This document shows positions 52,043 to 60,212 of a stretch of 64,000 nucleotides of DNA, piece after piece. Within the stretch, counting starts at the first letter, position 1. Each line of letters begins with the position of its first letter. Both the position numbers and the translations under genes were made by a program. A model generated the notes under the pieces. It searched no databases. It saw only the letters and a list, made by a program, of their open reading frames with translations, and was not told where the DNA came from. This DNA comes from Pseudomonadota bacterium (GTDB taxonomy: Bacteria > UBA10199 > 2-02-FULL-44-16 > DYJF01), in NCBI GenBank assembly GCA_043823065.1, contig JBDRBB010000006.1:64001-128000 (forward strand), given 5' to 3'.

Positions 52043-52068
52043 AAGGTCGCAATTTGCGACCTTTTTTT
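52043..52068 (+). terminator. Intrinsic terminator after the tRNA operon
   Basis: aaggtcgcaa-ttgcgacctt hairpin followed by a T-run. Confidence 0.8.
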
Positions 52069-52678
52069 ATTCCAATTGCTGGGAAAACCAGCCGCCAGTG
52101 AGGGCATCTAAATTAGCGGTTTCTTGCTCAAAAGTGATTTGTTTTAAAAAGAGTTGATGTTTAAGTTTAGGGTTGTTTTTTTGCTGTTGGTTGGCTTGGC
52201 TTAAAATTGCTATTTCACCCAGAAGTTTTTTTCTTTCATAATAATGTTTATTTACAATTTCCAAGAGCAGATTGCGTTCGCGCATAATTTTCAAAGCCTG
52301 TTGGGAAACAGCCAAAGAATCTCGGCTAAATAGTAATTCATTGAGCGACCACACAGCCCGCACACCAAAACTCTGATATAAATCTGAGCCTTCGCTGTAG
52401 CCACTTTCTTCAGGACCGACCACAATGCCGCTTGAGCCAACATAGACATTATCATCTATATTTACATCTACCAAATTTTTGACCCGATGGGAATAATCTG
52501 CCTGAAACCTGGGTAGCAAGGCTGAAATCCTGGCTCGTTTCTTCCACTTCTGAGGTTCTTGATTGTCAAAGCCAGCATAGTTAAGCGCCTGCTGCTGCAC
52601 CTGCCCAATTGGCGGAGCTTCAGCAAAATCTGGCTGGGCTGAGATTAAACCCAAAATAGCAAAAATGATCATAAGCAT
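52067..52678 (-). CDS. Secreted/outer-membrane hypothetical protein (short TolC-like pattern)
   Basis: Signal peptide after a GGAG RBS, ALLP.F, a beta hairpin, V...YY and LDALTGGWF. Confidence 0.6.
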   Translation of the reverse strand: MLMIIFAILGLISAQPDFAEAPPIGQVQQQALNYAGFDNQEPQKWKKRARISALLPRFQADYSHRVKNLVDVNIDDNVYVGSSGIVVGPEESGYSEGSDLYQSFGVRAVWSLNELLFSRDSLAVSQQALKIMRERNLLLEIVNKHYYERKKLLGEIAILSQANQQQKNNPKLKHQLFLKQITFEQETANLDALTGGWFSQQLE

Positions 52679-52694
52679 ATTGCTCCAAATACAT

Positions 52695-52710
52695 AGCAAG
52701 GCTTATGCCA
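52695..52710 (-). promoter_or_regulatory. sigma54 (-24/-12) promoter
   Basis: Minus strand TGGCAtaagccTTGCT, just upstream of the RBS of the 52678 gene. Confidence 0.65.
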
Positions 52711-52799
52711 TTTATCAGATCTATATTTTTTAAGGAGTTATAAATTTAGGAAATTTTTTGCTGCTCAATTTTGGGACACAACTGACGAAAATAAAGCAA

Positions 52800-54707
52800 T
52801 TAGGCATCTTCAATTTCTTGGTGGGCTAATTCTAAATCATTTTCTAAAAACTCTGCCATATTTTGCATCTCTAACAAAGCAGTTTCAATATCTTCCGGGG
52901 TTAATTCATTGTTGTCTGTAAATTGTTGCACAAGATAGGTAACCCCTTCTCGAAAATCTTCATCATTTTCCATGAGATAAGCAAAATAACCAATACCAGC
53001 TGCTGCAGCGCCAACACCCACTGCTGCAAAAGCAGCAATCGCGCCCAATACAACCAACACCGGCGCTGCAGCTTCAGCACTTAAGGCGCCGCCTATTGCC
53101 ATTACCGCAGACCTGGCCACGCCACTAATTCCAGCTTGCACTAAACGCTGACCAGCGCGAATGGCCAAGTGTTCAAGCATGATATAAATAGTAGCGCTGG
53201 TAATATTAAACATGGAACGATCTGCTCCAGATTGGGGGACATTAATACCCAACCTAGACAACCCAGCTTCCACTGGATCAGCAACCATGGGAATACCAAC
53301 CGCAGCCATACCAAGACGAACCAATGAAATAAAAGAAGCCCTGGGCACTGGCATACCAGCACGCGTATAACTGCTAACCATGGTGGCAAATAAACCAGCA
53401 GTAATTGAAGTATGCACAGTATCTTGCCCAGCCTCTGGCATTTCTTCGCCAGTCACGCCGCGATAACTTGCATTGGCAGCTAAGGGACCAAGTTCTGGCA
53501 AGGCCAATAAGCCATAGGTGCCTGCCACGCGGCCACCATTGTTTAAAAAACCAGTCACCCGTCCTAACACTGGTGGTAGTGTTTCAACATATCTAACATT
53601 TGTATTTAAAATACGTGGCCTACCGGTATCAAAAACCCGTTCCAATCTATTTCTTATGTCCTCTAGAGCACGCGTATGGCGACGAATTCTGCGTTGTTCC
53701 CCTTGATGTAACTCTGGAGGTTCAGGGCTTTCGTCTAATAGTTCCACTCTCCTGTTTATTCCATCATCACCATTAGATCTTTGCATCCTGCTTCTGGCTG
53801 TCAAAAATTCTCCTAACATGTCAGACGTGATTTCAAATTGTTGTGTTTCAATGGAATTTATCCTGCCAAATCTGGCCAGATTTTCATTATAGATTCTTAT
53901 TGCTGATCTTAAGGCTTGATCGCCATTAGAACCTTGGCAATAAATATCAAGTTGTCTGGAAACCTCTCTGGCTGCAAATTGAATATTGCTAAAACTCAAA
54001 ACCAACTCCGTATTTCGCGTTAAAACATCAAAATTGATATTTTTTAATGCCCGATCAATAGCTCGCGGCTGGACAAGACGATGAAACAAATCTCCAATTT
54101 GCCTTGGGTGACTTGATCTGTTGCTTATAGCATTTCTTATAGCATCTGCAGTTTGCATTCTCCCATTACTAGCTTCAGATAAATCATTGACATACCTATC
54201 TCTGGTTATTTCATGCAGGTTTGACCTTCTGTTTCTTCTAGTATTTATTGGAGTTAAAAAATCAGCTACATCTCTTAAATCACTTAATACCTGTTCATGC
54301 TGTCTTAAAGACCGCATAAAATTAACCCTATTTCCATTATTATCTGGATGGCGCAAATAGTTCTGCCACGCCTGATTCAACTCCTGTCTGGATTGCTCAT
54401 AATAATTACGAAAATCAGCATTAGTAATGCCATTACTTGCTATATCAGCTTCTCTATGAGCACGAATAATTCCTATTAGTTGATACATATTTAGGGCATC
54501 AAGACGTTGATTTTCATTTTCCTGATTAGGATTGGCAAAAAGATTTAAGGGATTTCTGGCAGGCACTAAAACATATTCAGATTGATTTTCATCTGTGGAT
54601 TCTGGCTGGGGATTAACCCAAGGCAAAGGAGAAAATAAGATGCGCGCAAATTCTTGCGGATCTCTGGTGGTTGCTAAAACTCTTAATTGATTTAAAAAAT
54701 CACCCAT
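52800..54707 (-). CDS. Near lysine-free helical protein with C-terminal Gly/Ala-rich hydrophobic segments
   Basis: 635 aa with 1 Lys, no signal peptide, and a long hydrophobic stretch (PVLVVLGAIAAFAAVGVGAAAAGIGYFAYL). GGGAG RBS. Confidence 0.8.
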   Translation of the reverse strand: MGDFLNQLRVLATTRDPQEFARILFSPLPWVNPQPESTDENQSEYVLVPARNPLNLFANPNQENENQRLDALNMYQLIGIIRAHREADIASNGITNADFRNYYEQSRQELNQAWQNYLRHPDNNGNRVNFMRSLRQHEQVLSDLRDVADFLTPINTRRNRRSNLHEITRDRYVNDLSEASNGRMQTADAIRNAISNRSSHPRQIGDLFHRLVQPRAIDRALKNINFDVLTRNTELVLSFSNIQFAAREVSRQLDIYCQGSNGDQALRSAIRIYNENLARFGRINSIETQQFEITSDMLGEFLTARSRMQRSNGDDGINRRVELLDESPEPPELHQGEQRRIRRHTRALEDIRNRLERVFDTGRPRILNTNVRYVETLPPVLGRVTGFLNNGGRVAGTYGLLALPELGPLAANASYRGVTGEEMPEAGQDTVHTSITAGLFATMVSSYTRAGMPVPRASFISLVRLGMAAVGIPMVADPVEAGLSRLGINVPQSGADRSMFNITSATIYIMLEHLAIRAGQRLVQAGISGVARSAVMAIGGALSAEAAAPVLVVLGAIAAFAAVGVGAAAAGIGYFAYLMENDEDFREGVTYLVQQFTDNNELTPEDIETALLEMQNMAEFLENDLELAHQEIEDA

Positions 54708-54749
54708 ATTCTCCCAACCTCACAAAATAACTAATGTCTTATAATGTTA

Positions 54750-54776
54750 TTTTCGGTTATTTTTGGGAAAAGTTGC
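54750..54776 (-). promoter_or_regulatory. GCAAC-N16-CGAAAA putative promoter
   Basis: Minus strand GCAAC ttttcccaaaaataac CGAAAA, upstream of 54707. Confidence 0.55.
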
Positions 54777-54804
54777 GCAAAAAAACCTATGGGAATAATT
54801 TATA

Positions 54805-54851
54805 ATTATATCAAAGAGTTATAACCAGGGGTCAATGCCTAAAATATCTGA
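54805..54851. repeat. 47-bp direct repeat, copy 1 (contains an IHF consensus)
   Basis: attatatcaaagagttataaccaggggtcaatgcctaaaatatctga recurs at 59905-59951 with 4 mismatches. Confidence 0.8.
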
Positions 54852-54913
54852 CTGTAAAAAAACGGAGCAAATTTGCTCTGTCTGACAAAATGTTCTTCCT
54901 TCTATGGCAACAA

Positions 54914-56251
54914 TTAAAACTGATTTAACCATTCCTTGCGCATGGCGCGAGACATTTTGCTGATGCTGGCCTTGTCCTTAGATTTTCTGGAAATCCGGTT
55001 GTAGTGGATATTCATATAGGAGTACTTAAAAATATTGCGTAGGTTCGCTGGCAATCTCTTGAATATATTGCGCACGCTATAGAAATAACAAGTGCTCCAG
55101 TAGCCACCCGCTATAAGTTCTTCCGGTGTGAGATTCATTAATTTGAAGTTTATGTGATGGGCATTATATTTCTCCCAGTCATGGTGAAGTATCCGCCCCT
55201 CTTTTTCCAGGCGAGCAAAAAGAGCTGAACCTGGATACGGCGTGAGATTGGGAAAATTGCCTATAGCAACCTTATTCTTCAGTAAGAACTCAACGGTCTT
55301 TTCAAAACAATATTTATCGTCGTGATCGAATCCAAAGATGATGGATGTGTTAACAATAATACCATGATCCCGGATAATTTTTATTTTCTCAGAGATCTTC
55401 TTGAGATTCGCTGAACCTAATTTTCCGGGCGTATTCACCTTGGTCACCGATTCAATGCCTATAAAAAGCCCCTGACAGCCGGATCGCTTAGCCAACTTTA
55501 AAAGCTTCAAATCCTTCACCGACAGCTCCAGAGACGCCTGACCCACCCAGGCCTTCTTTAACGGAATCAAACTTTCAAACAGCGGATAGGCATGCTCATG
55601 ATTACCCATGATATTGTCATCGATAATAAAGATAAACTTTTGTTTAAGGCCAGCGATTTCATTTACAACATTTTCAATCGGCCTCGTCCGATAATGGTTG
55701 CCAAAAAGATTGGTCACAGAACAGAAATCACAGTTGTACGGACAACCCCTCGAGGTCTGAACAATCGCATGCGAGAGGGTTGTTTTTCTCTTATAGAGAA
55801 GGTCGTGGCGAAAAGGAGGAACTTCTTTCATATCGACGAGCTTGTCGGCCTTATATATCTTTTTTAACTCTCCCCCTTCTGAATCCTCAACAATCTGTCT
55901 CCAGATTAAATCGCCTTCGCCAATCACCGTGGCATCAAAATGTCCGTAAGTATCTTCCGGCCTTACTGTGGCATGGATGCCACCAATTACCGTCGGAACA
56001 TTTCGCTCCCGGTAATATTTTGCAATTTCTATTGACCTCTTTACCTGACAGGTCATGGCTGAAAAGCCGACCAGATCGACACCATCGCGATAGGCATTCT
56101 CCATATTTTGCTCATTTACAAGGAGCACATCGTATGTAGATGGGGTATAGGCAGCGAGAAGGCCAAGCGCGGCACAAGGCGTCGTCTTTCCCTTATGACC
56201 CTTCGTATAATCCTGCGCCGGCGAAATTAGAAGAACCCTCTTTTTTTTCAT
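54914..56251 (-). CDS. B12-binding radical SAM protein
   Basis: GGIHAT and GEGD in the B12 domain; SRGCPYNCDFC (CxxxCxxC), DDNI, GIES and TPYPGS. Confidence 0.92.
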   Translation of the reverse strand: MKKKRVLLISPAQDYTKGHKGKTTPCAALGLLAAYTPSTYDVLLVNEQNMENAYRDGVDLVGFSAMTCQVKRSIEIAKYYRERNVPTVIGGIHATVRPEDTYGHFDATVIGEGDLIWRQIVEDSEGGELKKIYKADKLVDMKEVPPFRHDLLYKRKTTLSHAIVQTSRGCPYNCDFCSVTNLFGNHYRTRPIENVVNEIAGLKQKFIFIIDDNIMGNHEHAYPLFESLIPLKKAWVGQASLELSVKDLKLLKLAKRSGCQGLFIGIESVTKVNTPGKLGSANLKKISEKIKIIRDHGIIVNTSIIFGFDHDDKYCFEKTVEFLLKNKVAIGNFPNLTPYPGSALFARLEKEGRILHHDWEKYNAHHINFKLMNLTPEELIAGGYWSTCYFYSVRNIFKRLPANLRNIFKYSYMNIHYNRISRKSKDKASISKMSRAMRKEWLNQF

Positions 56252-56380
56252 CTGACCTCTCGTAGCTTCTGAATGACTGATAACTAAACAGTTTAGAAAG
56301 TTGTATAAGTGGTGAAATCGTGTTCTGTCAATAGCATTTAGTGGTTAAGATGCAGGATTATGCTTGTCATGATTGGTTTG

Positions 56381-56418
56381 GGGGTCAAGTATTTACTCTT
56401 CACTCTTGCATAGATGCG
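56381..56418. repeat. Isolated Y1-transposase end (left type) with the last codons of the gene
   Basis: ggggtcaagtatttactcttcactcttgcatagatgcg is identical to 57484-57521. Confidence 0.85.
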
Positions 56419-56501
56419 GGTCCGATCAAGGTAAATAGGTTACAAAAAGTACAAAGCACATAGGTAACACATGATAAGATGGCATAGATAAGGAGGTTTC
56501 T

Positions 56502-56618
56502 ATGCCATGGGAGGAACGAAATATCATGAGTGAACGTATGAGCTTTATTAGTCGTTTAGAAACAGGAGAACGAATGACTGACCTATGTCGAGAGTATGGA
56601 ATATCTCTGGAATACTAA
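56502..56618 (+). pseudogene. IS481-like transposase N-terminal remnant
   Basis: AAGGAGG RBS, then MPWEERNIMSERMSFISRLETGERMTDLCREYGIS followed by an early stop. Confidence 0.75.
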
Positions 56619-56698
56619 AGGAGTGGGAAGCAGGCTTAAGTGTTGGCGAAGTAAGCCGCAAATATGGAGTTACGGACAAGAGTCTTTACAGATGGCGA
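56612..56698 (+). pseudogene. IS3-family OrfA HTH remnant
   Basis: ILKEWEAGLSVGEVSRKYGVTDKSLYRWR, in a different frame, fused to the IS481 remnant. Confidence 0.65.
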
Positions 56699-56751
56699 CT
56701 TACAATATCTCTCGTCCGTCTGGTTTTTTTTGTTTTTTTCTTGTTCTTATA

Positions 56752-57144
56752 CTATAACCTTCTTGCTTTAATAGATAGATTTTTTGGATTAAAGGTAAAC
56801 TCAAATAGATTAAGAAGATTCATGCCAATCAGACCATCTATTTGATATTTGGGAGGCAAATCTAGGGCTGCAATTTCTATATTTTCAATTCTTTCATTAA
56901 ATACTTCAATACAAGGGATTACAAGTCTATAACCTTCCTCTCTTCCTATAACAGAGTCAGTTGAAAAAAGTTTTGTAGCATCCTTAGCGCTAAAACCTAG
57001 CGCATCAACTCTGGCCGTTCTAACAATAGTCATTGCTGCGCCAGTATCTACAATAAACCGACCCGTAAAAGATCTGGCCTTACCAAAAATTTTAGCTGAA
57101 ATAAAAGGAACTCCTTTGATAAGCTCATATACTACATCTGCCAT
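56752..57144 (-). CDS. Retropepsin-like (clan AA) aspartyl protease
   Basis: FIVDTGA and DGLIG motifs, 130 aa. Confidence 0.85.
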   Translation of the reverse strand: MADVVYELIKGVPFISAKIFGKARSFTGRFIVDTGAAMTIVRTARVDALGFSAKDATKLFSTDSVIGREEGYRLVIPCIEVFNERIENIEIAALDLPPKYQIDGLIGMNLLNLFEFTFNPKNLSIKARRL

Positions 57145-57380
57145 AACACAGGTCCTATAGGATTTTCTGGAAGAACATCTCCTGTAAAACGAATATCAAA
57201 ATCATTTTCAGGGATAGCTTTTAAGCTAGCCGTAAATTCTGATTCATCAGAGGAGTGGGCAACAACATCGCCTATGATTTCACCAAAAGGAGCTTCTGAT
57301 TCTTTTCTGTAATGCGCAATAGCCACCCACTCATTAGGAAAACTTTTTTTAATCTCTTTCCACGTCATTTTGTTTCCCAT
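57132..57380 (-). CDS. Small hypothetical partner of the aspartyl protease
   Basis: TW.EIKK.FPNEWV..G.VVAHS..FTG; AGGAGG RBS; overlaps the protease start. Confidence 0.7.
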   Translation of the reverse strand: MGNKMTWKEIKKSFPNEWVAIAHYRKESEAPFGEIIGDVVAHSSDESEFTASLKAIPENDFDIRFTGDVLPENPIGPVLWQM

Positions 57381-57483
57381 AATAAACCTCCTATTTCTTG
57401 GGATATATAAACATATTGCTCACAAAAAAACAATTGGAGATATTTAAGCGAGATGGTGTTTGCCGACAATTTGGGTTTGTTTG

Positions 57484-58503
57484 GGGGTCAAGTATTTACT
57501 CTTCACTCTTGCATAGATGCGTGAATATATTCACTTGCCTCTGGTTTTGTTTTTACTTCAGCACTCATGATTCTAGATATCCGTGCTGGTTTTAGATTAA
57601 ATATCTTTGAGAGTTCATCGTAAGTAAGTTTTAGATACTGCCTGTAGTAATATATTGCCATTGCCCTATTTTGCCGACCAACTAAACTGTTAGCCTGGGT
57701 CAAAGCATTCCAACTTGTATCAAAAGCTTCACATAAGACCTTTTTTAGCTTTTTTGCTGACACTTTTTTTATATTACAATCTCGATATTCCAGCTTTTCT
57801 TTATCTATATCTTTAACAAAATTCCATTTAATCCATTCTTCAAAATTATCGCTACTCAATACTGATGGCCAACTAAATCCATCTAGCCTTTTTTCAAGTC
57901 CTTCTGGAACCTCATTCATCACAAATTCATGTAATCTCAATCTTGATCTATTTTTTCTTTTGCCAAAATAGGAAAGAATATAGTTGGTAGTTAACCATTT
58001 CCTGTCATCACTTCCTAGATAATCTCTATGCGAACTCCATTTGTACTTTTCTGGAAATTCAACTAGGCCTGCTTTTATTGGATTTCGATGAATATAACGA
58101 ATTAACTCAACAAGATATGCATCTTCTTCCACTAGTATAGCTTTATATCGTCCTCGAAATATATGACCATCACGCTGATGTTGACGATTAAAACGCTGGG
58201 TATAAACCCCATTAATATGCCTCATTGCCCTGGAAAGATTAGCAAGAGGTGTTTCAATAAGCATATGATAGTGATTGGGAAGTAGAGCTAAAGCATGTAC
58301 TTTCAGCTCCCAAAGTTTGATTGACTCAACTAGAACATTAATAAAAGTTTCATAATCCTTAGGTTGCGTAAAAATATTCTGGCGAGCATTTCCACGGTTC
58401 ATTACATGATAAAATGCACCTTCATACTCTATTCTTAGTGGACGAGACATATGTCTTGTTTAGATCAATAAATAACAAAAGTAAAGAGTAAATACTTGAC
58501 CCC
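57484..58503 (-). mobile_element. Y1/RAYT-like transposase element with terminal inverted repeats
   Basis: Perfect 20-bp inverted repeat: GGGGTCAAGTATTTACTCTT (57484-57503) / AAGAGTAAATACTTGACCCC (58484-58503). Confidence 0.85.
57503..58450 (-). CDS. REP-associated-type tyrosine (HUH Y1) transposase with C-terminal HTH
   Basis: MSRPLR, YHVMNRG, NHYH (HUH), FNR...R.GH.F.GRYK, YIHRNP..AG and WSS. Confidence 0.93.
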   Translation of the reverse strand: MSRPLRIEYEGAFYHVMNRGNARQNIFTQPKDYETFINVLVESIKLWELKVHALALLPNHYHMLIETPLANLSRAMRHINGVYTQRFNRQHQRDGHIFRGRYKAILVEEDAYLVELIRYIHRNPIKAGLVEFPEKYKWSSHRDYLGSDDRKWLTTNYILSYFGKRKNRSRLRLHEFVMNEVPEGLEKRLDGFSWPSVLSSDNFEEWIKWNFVKDIDKEKLEYRDCNIKKVSAKKLKKVLCEAFDTSWNALTQANSLVGRQNRAMAIYYYRQYLKLTYDELSKIFNLKPARISRIMSAEVKTKPEASEYIHASMQE

Positions 58504-58526
58504 TATTTTTTCCCCTATTTTTCTAT

Positions 58527-59744
58527 TTAAGGTAGAAGAGTTAGAATTTGATCAGCACTTATAATATATCCCTTCTTATTTTTATTTAGGTCAAATAATT
58601 TGTGTATGCCACTTTTGGAAACTAATTGTAGCGTAATTTCTGGAGCTAAAAGTGAAGAGAAATATTTTAAACTTGGAGCAGGGAGAACGTCATTTAATTT
58701 ACATTCAACCATCAGCCATGGCTTTTTATCTTTTACCATCAAAAAATCTACCTCTTTCTTCTCTTTATCTCTAAGGTAATAAAGATCAAATGTGCCTATT
58801 CCAGAGTCTGTCCAAAAATGAGCAGCTTTCAATAGATGGCTTGCTACAAGATTTTCAAATTTCACTGCTTCATCTTTTATTTCTGACCAATCCCACAAAT
58901 ATATTTTTGGTTGTTTCTTCAGAGAACGCGCGATTTTTTTATTAAATGGCGGTATCACATAAATATAAAATAGTTGTGATAACCAGTTTATCCATCTTTT
59001 TGTTGTTGGGTGGCTTACTTCCAAATCCTCTGCTAAACTCTGTATTGAGAATGGCGAGCCTATCCGTTCTGGTATTAATGCTGCTGCTGTTTCTATTAAA
59101 GATAATTCATGAGTTTTTGTTAAATCAATAAGGTCTTCTCTGATCACCCTATCTCTTCTCATACGTTGCCACGCATTTAGAAAGTTTTGATCTTTTTTAA
59201 GAAATGCATCTGGGAAACCACCATATTTCATCAGATCTTGGTATATTAATTGGTTTGCAGTTATTACTTCTTCAAGACATTGTTTTAATTTTTCTGGCTC
59301 TGTATCTGAATTACATAATTCTCCTAAAGAAAAAGGATGCAACCTAAACAAAAAATATCTTCCCAGCAAACTATCTCCACCTTTTCTAAAAATATCTAGT
59401 CGTGCGCTACCAGTTACCAAAATGTTGCAAAATTCTTTTCTGGTATCGTACAATCCTTTTAAGTATGATTTCCAGCGAGGGGCTTTGTGTAGCTCATCAA
59501 ATACGATAAGTTTTTTTTCACCAATAGTTTCTGGAATAAATGCCTTAGGGTCTTTTATCCATTTTCGCCTAAACTCTACATCATCCCAATTATAGTAACT
59601 GCCATTTTTATCCTCTGCTAGCAGTTGTTCTGAAAGGGTGGTTTTTCCGACCTGTCTTGGCCCTGTTATAAAAGCCATCTTTCCATTTTTGAATGAAAGT
59701 TCTTTGATGATTTTTTTATATGCAACCCTTTCCATATTGACCAT
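58527..59744 (-). CDS. AAA+ ATPase with DUF4143 domain
   Basis: GPRQVGKT, FDELHK, TGSARL, GGFP, PKIYLWD, EVDF and ECK. Confidence 0.9.
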   Translation of the reverse strand: MVNMERVAYKKIIKELSFKNGKMAFITGPRQVGKTTLSEQLLAEDKNGSYYNWDDVEFRRKWIKDPKAFIPETIGEKKLIVFDELHKAPRWKSYLKGLYDTRKEFCNILVTGSARLDIFRKGGDSLLGRYFLFRLHPFSLGELCNSDTEPEKLKQCLEEVITANQLIYQDLMKYGGFPDAFLKKDQNFLNAWQRMRRDRVIREDLIDLTKTHELSLIETAAALIPERIGSPFSIQSLAEDLEVSHPTTKRWINWLSQLFYIYVIPPFNKKIARSLKKQPKIYLWDWSEIKDEAVKFENLVASHLLKAAHFWTDSGIGTFDLYYLRDKEKKEVDFLMVKDKKPWLMVECKLNDVLPAPSLKYFSSLLAPEITLQLVSKSGIHKLFDLNKNKKGYIISADQILTLLP

Positions 59745-59904
59745 TTTAACGCTACAATTAATTTAGTCAAGACCAAATTAACGTTTAACATTAAAAAGGT
59801 TGTTTAATTTACTTAGGTCTCTATACAACTAAAATAACAACTTGTTATTATTATGATTTTAAGTTGGAAACTTTTGCTCCGTCTGACATTTTCTGACATT
59901 TTTC

Positions 59905-59951
59905 ATTATATCAAAGAGTTATAATCAGGGGTTAATGCCTAAAATGCCTGA
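59905..59951. repeat. 47-bp direct repeat, copy 2
   Basis: Matches 54805-54851 at an offset of 5100 bp. Confidence 0.8.
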
Positions 59952-59957
59952 TTCCAG

Positions 59958-59992
59958 TAAATAACAAAAGTGAAGAGTAAATATTTGACCCC
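59958..59992. repeat. Isolated Y1-transposase end (right type)
   Basis: taaataacaaaagtgaagagtaaatatttgacccc matches 58469-58503 with 2 mismatches. Confidence 0.85.
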
Positions 59993-60212
59993 TTATTTAT
60001 AAGTTATAAGTTAAGTGGCGAAGCAGCCCTTTGTCAATGATGCGTAGTGCTTAAAGGAGATTTTTCAGACGGAGCAAAACGCTTGCTATTCAATAACAAC
60101 TAGCAATTCTTCCTTGATGCGTTGATTAACAGGACGTATATTTTCGAGCATCACAATTATAATGCCGTCCGACTTATTGAGTTCGTGAACGGTTTCTAAA
60201 ACAAGGGAAAAA

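Noticed and set aside
29742..54707. Lysine absence as a genetic-code or translation artefact
   Set aside because: Adjacent conserved genes translate with Lys at invariant catalytic positions (Walker A GKT, GlyA THKT), so the code is standard.
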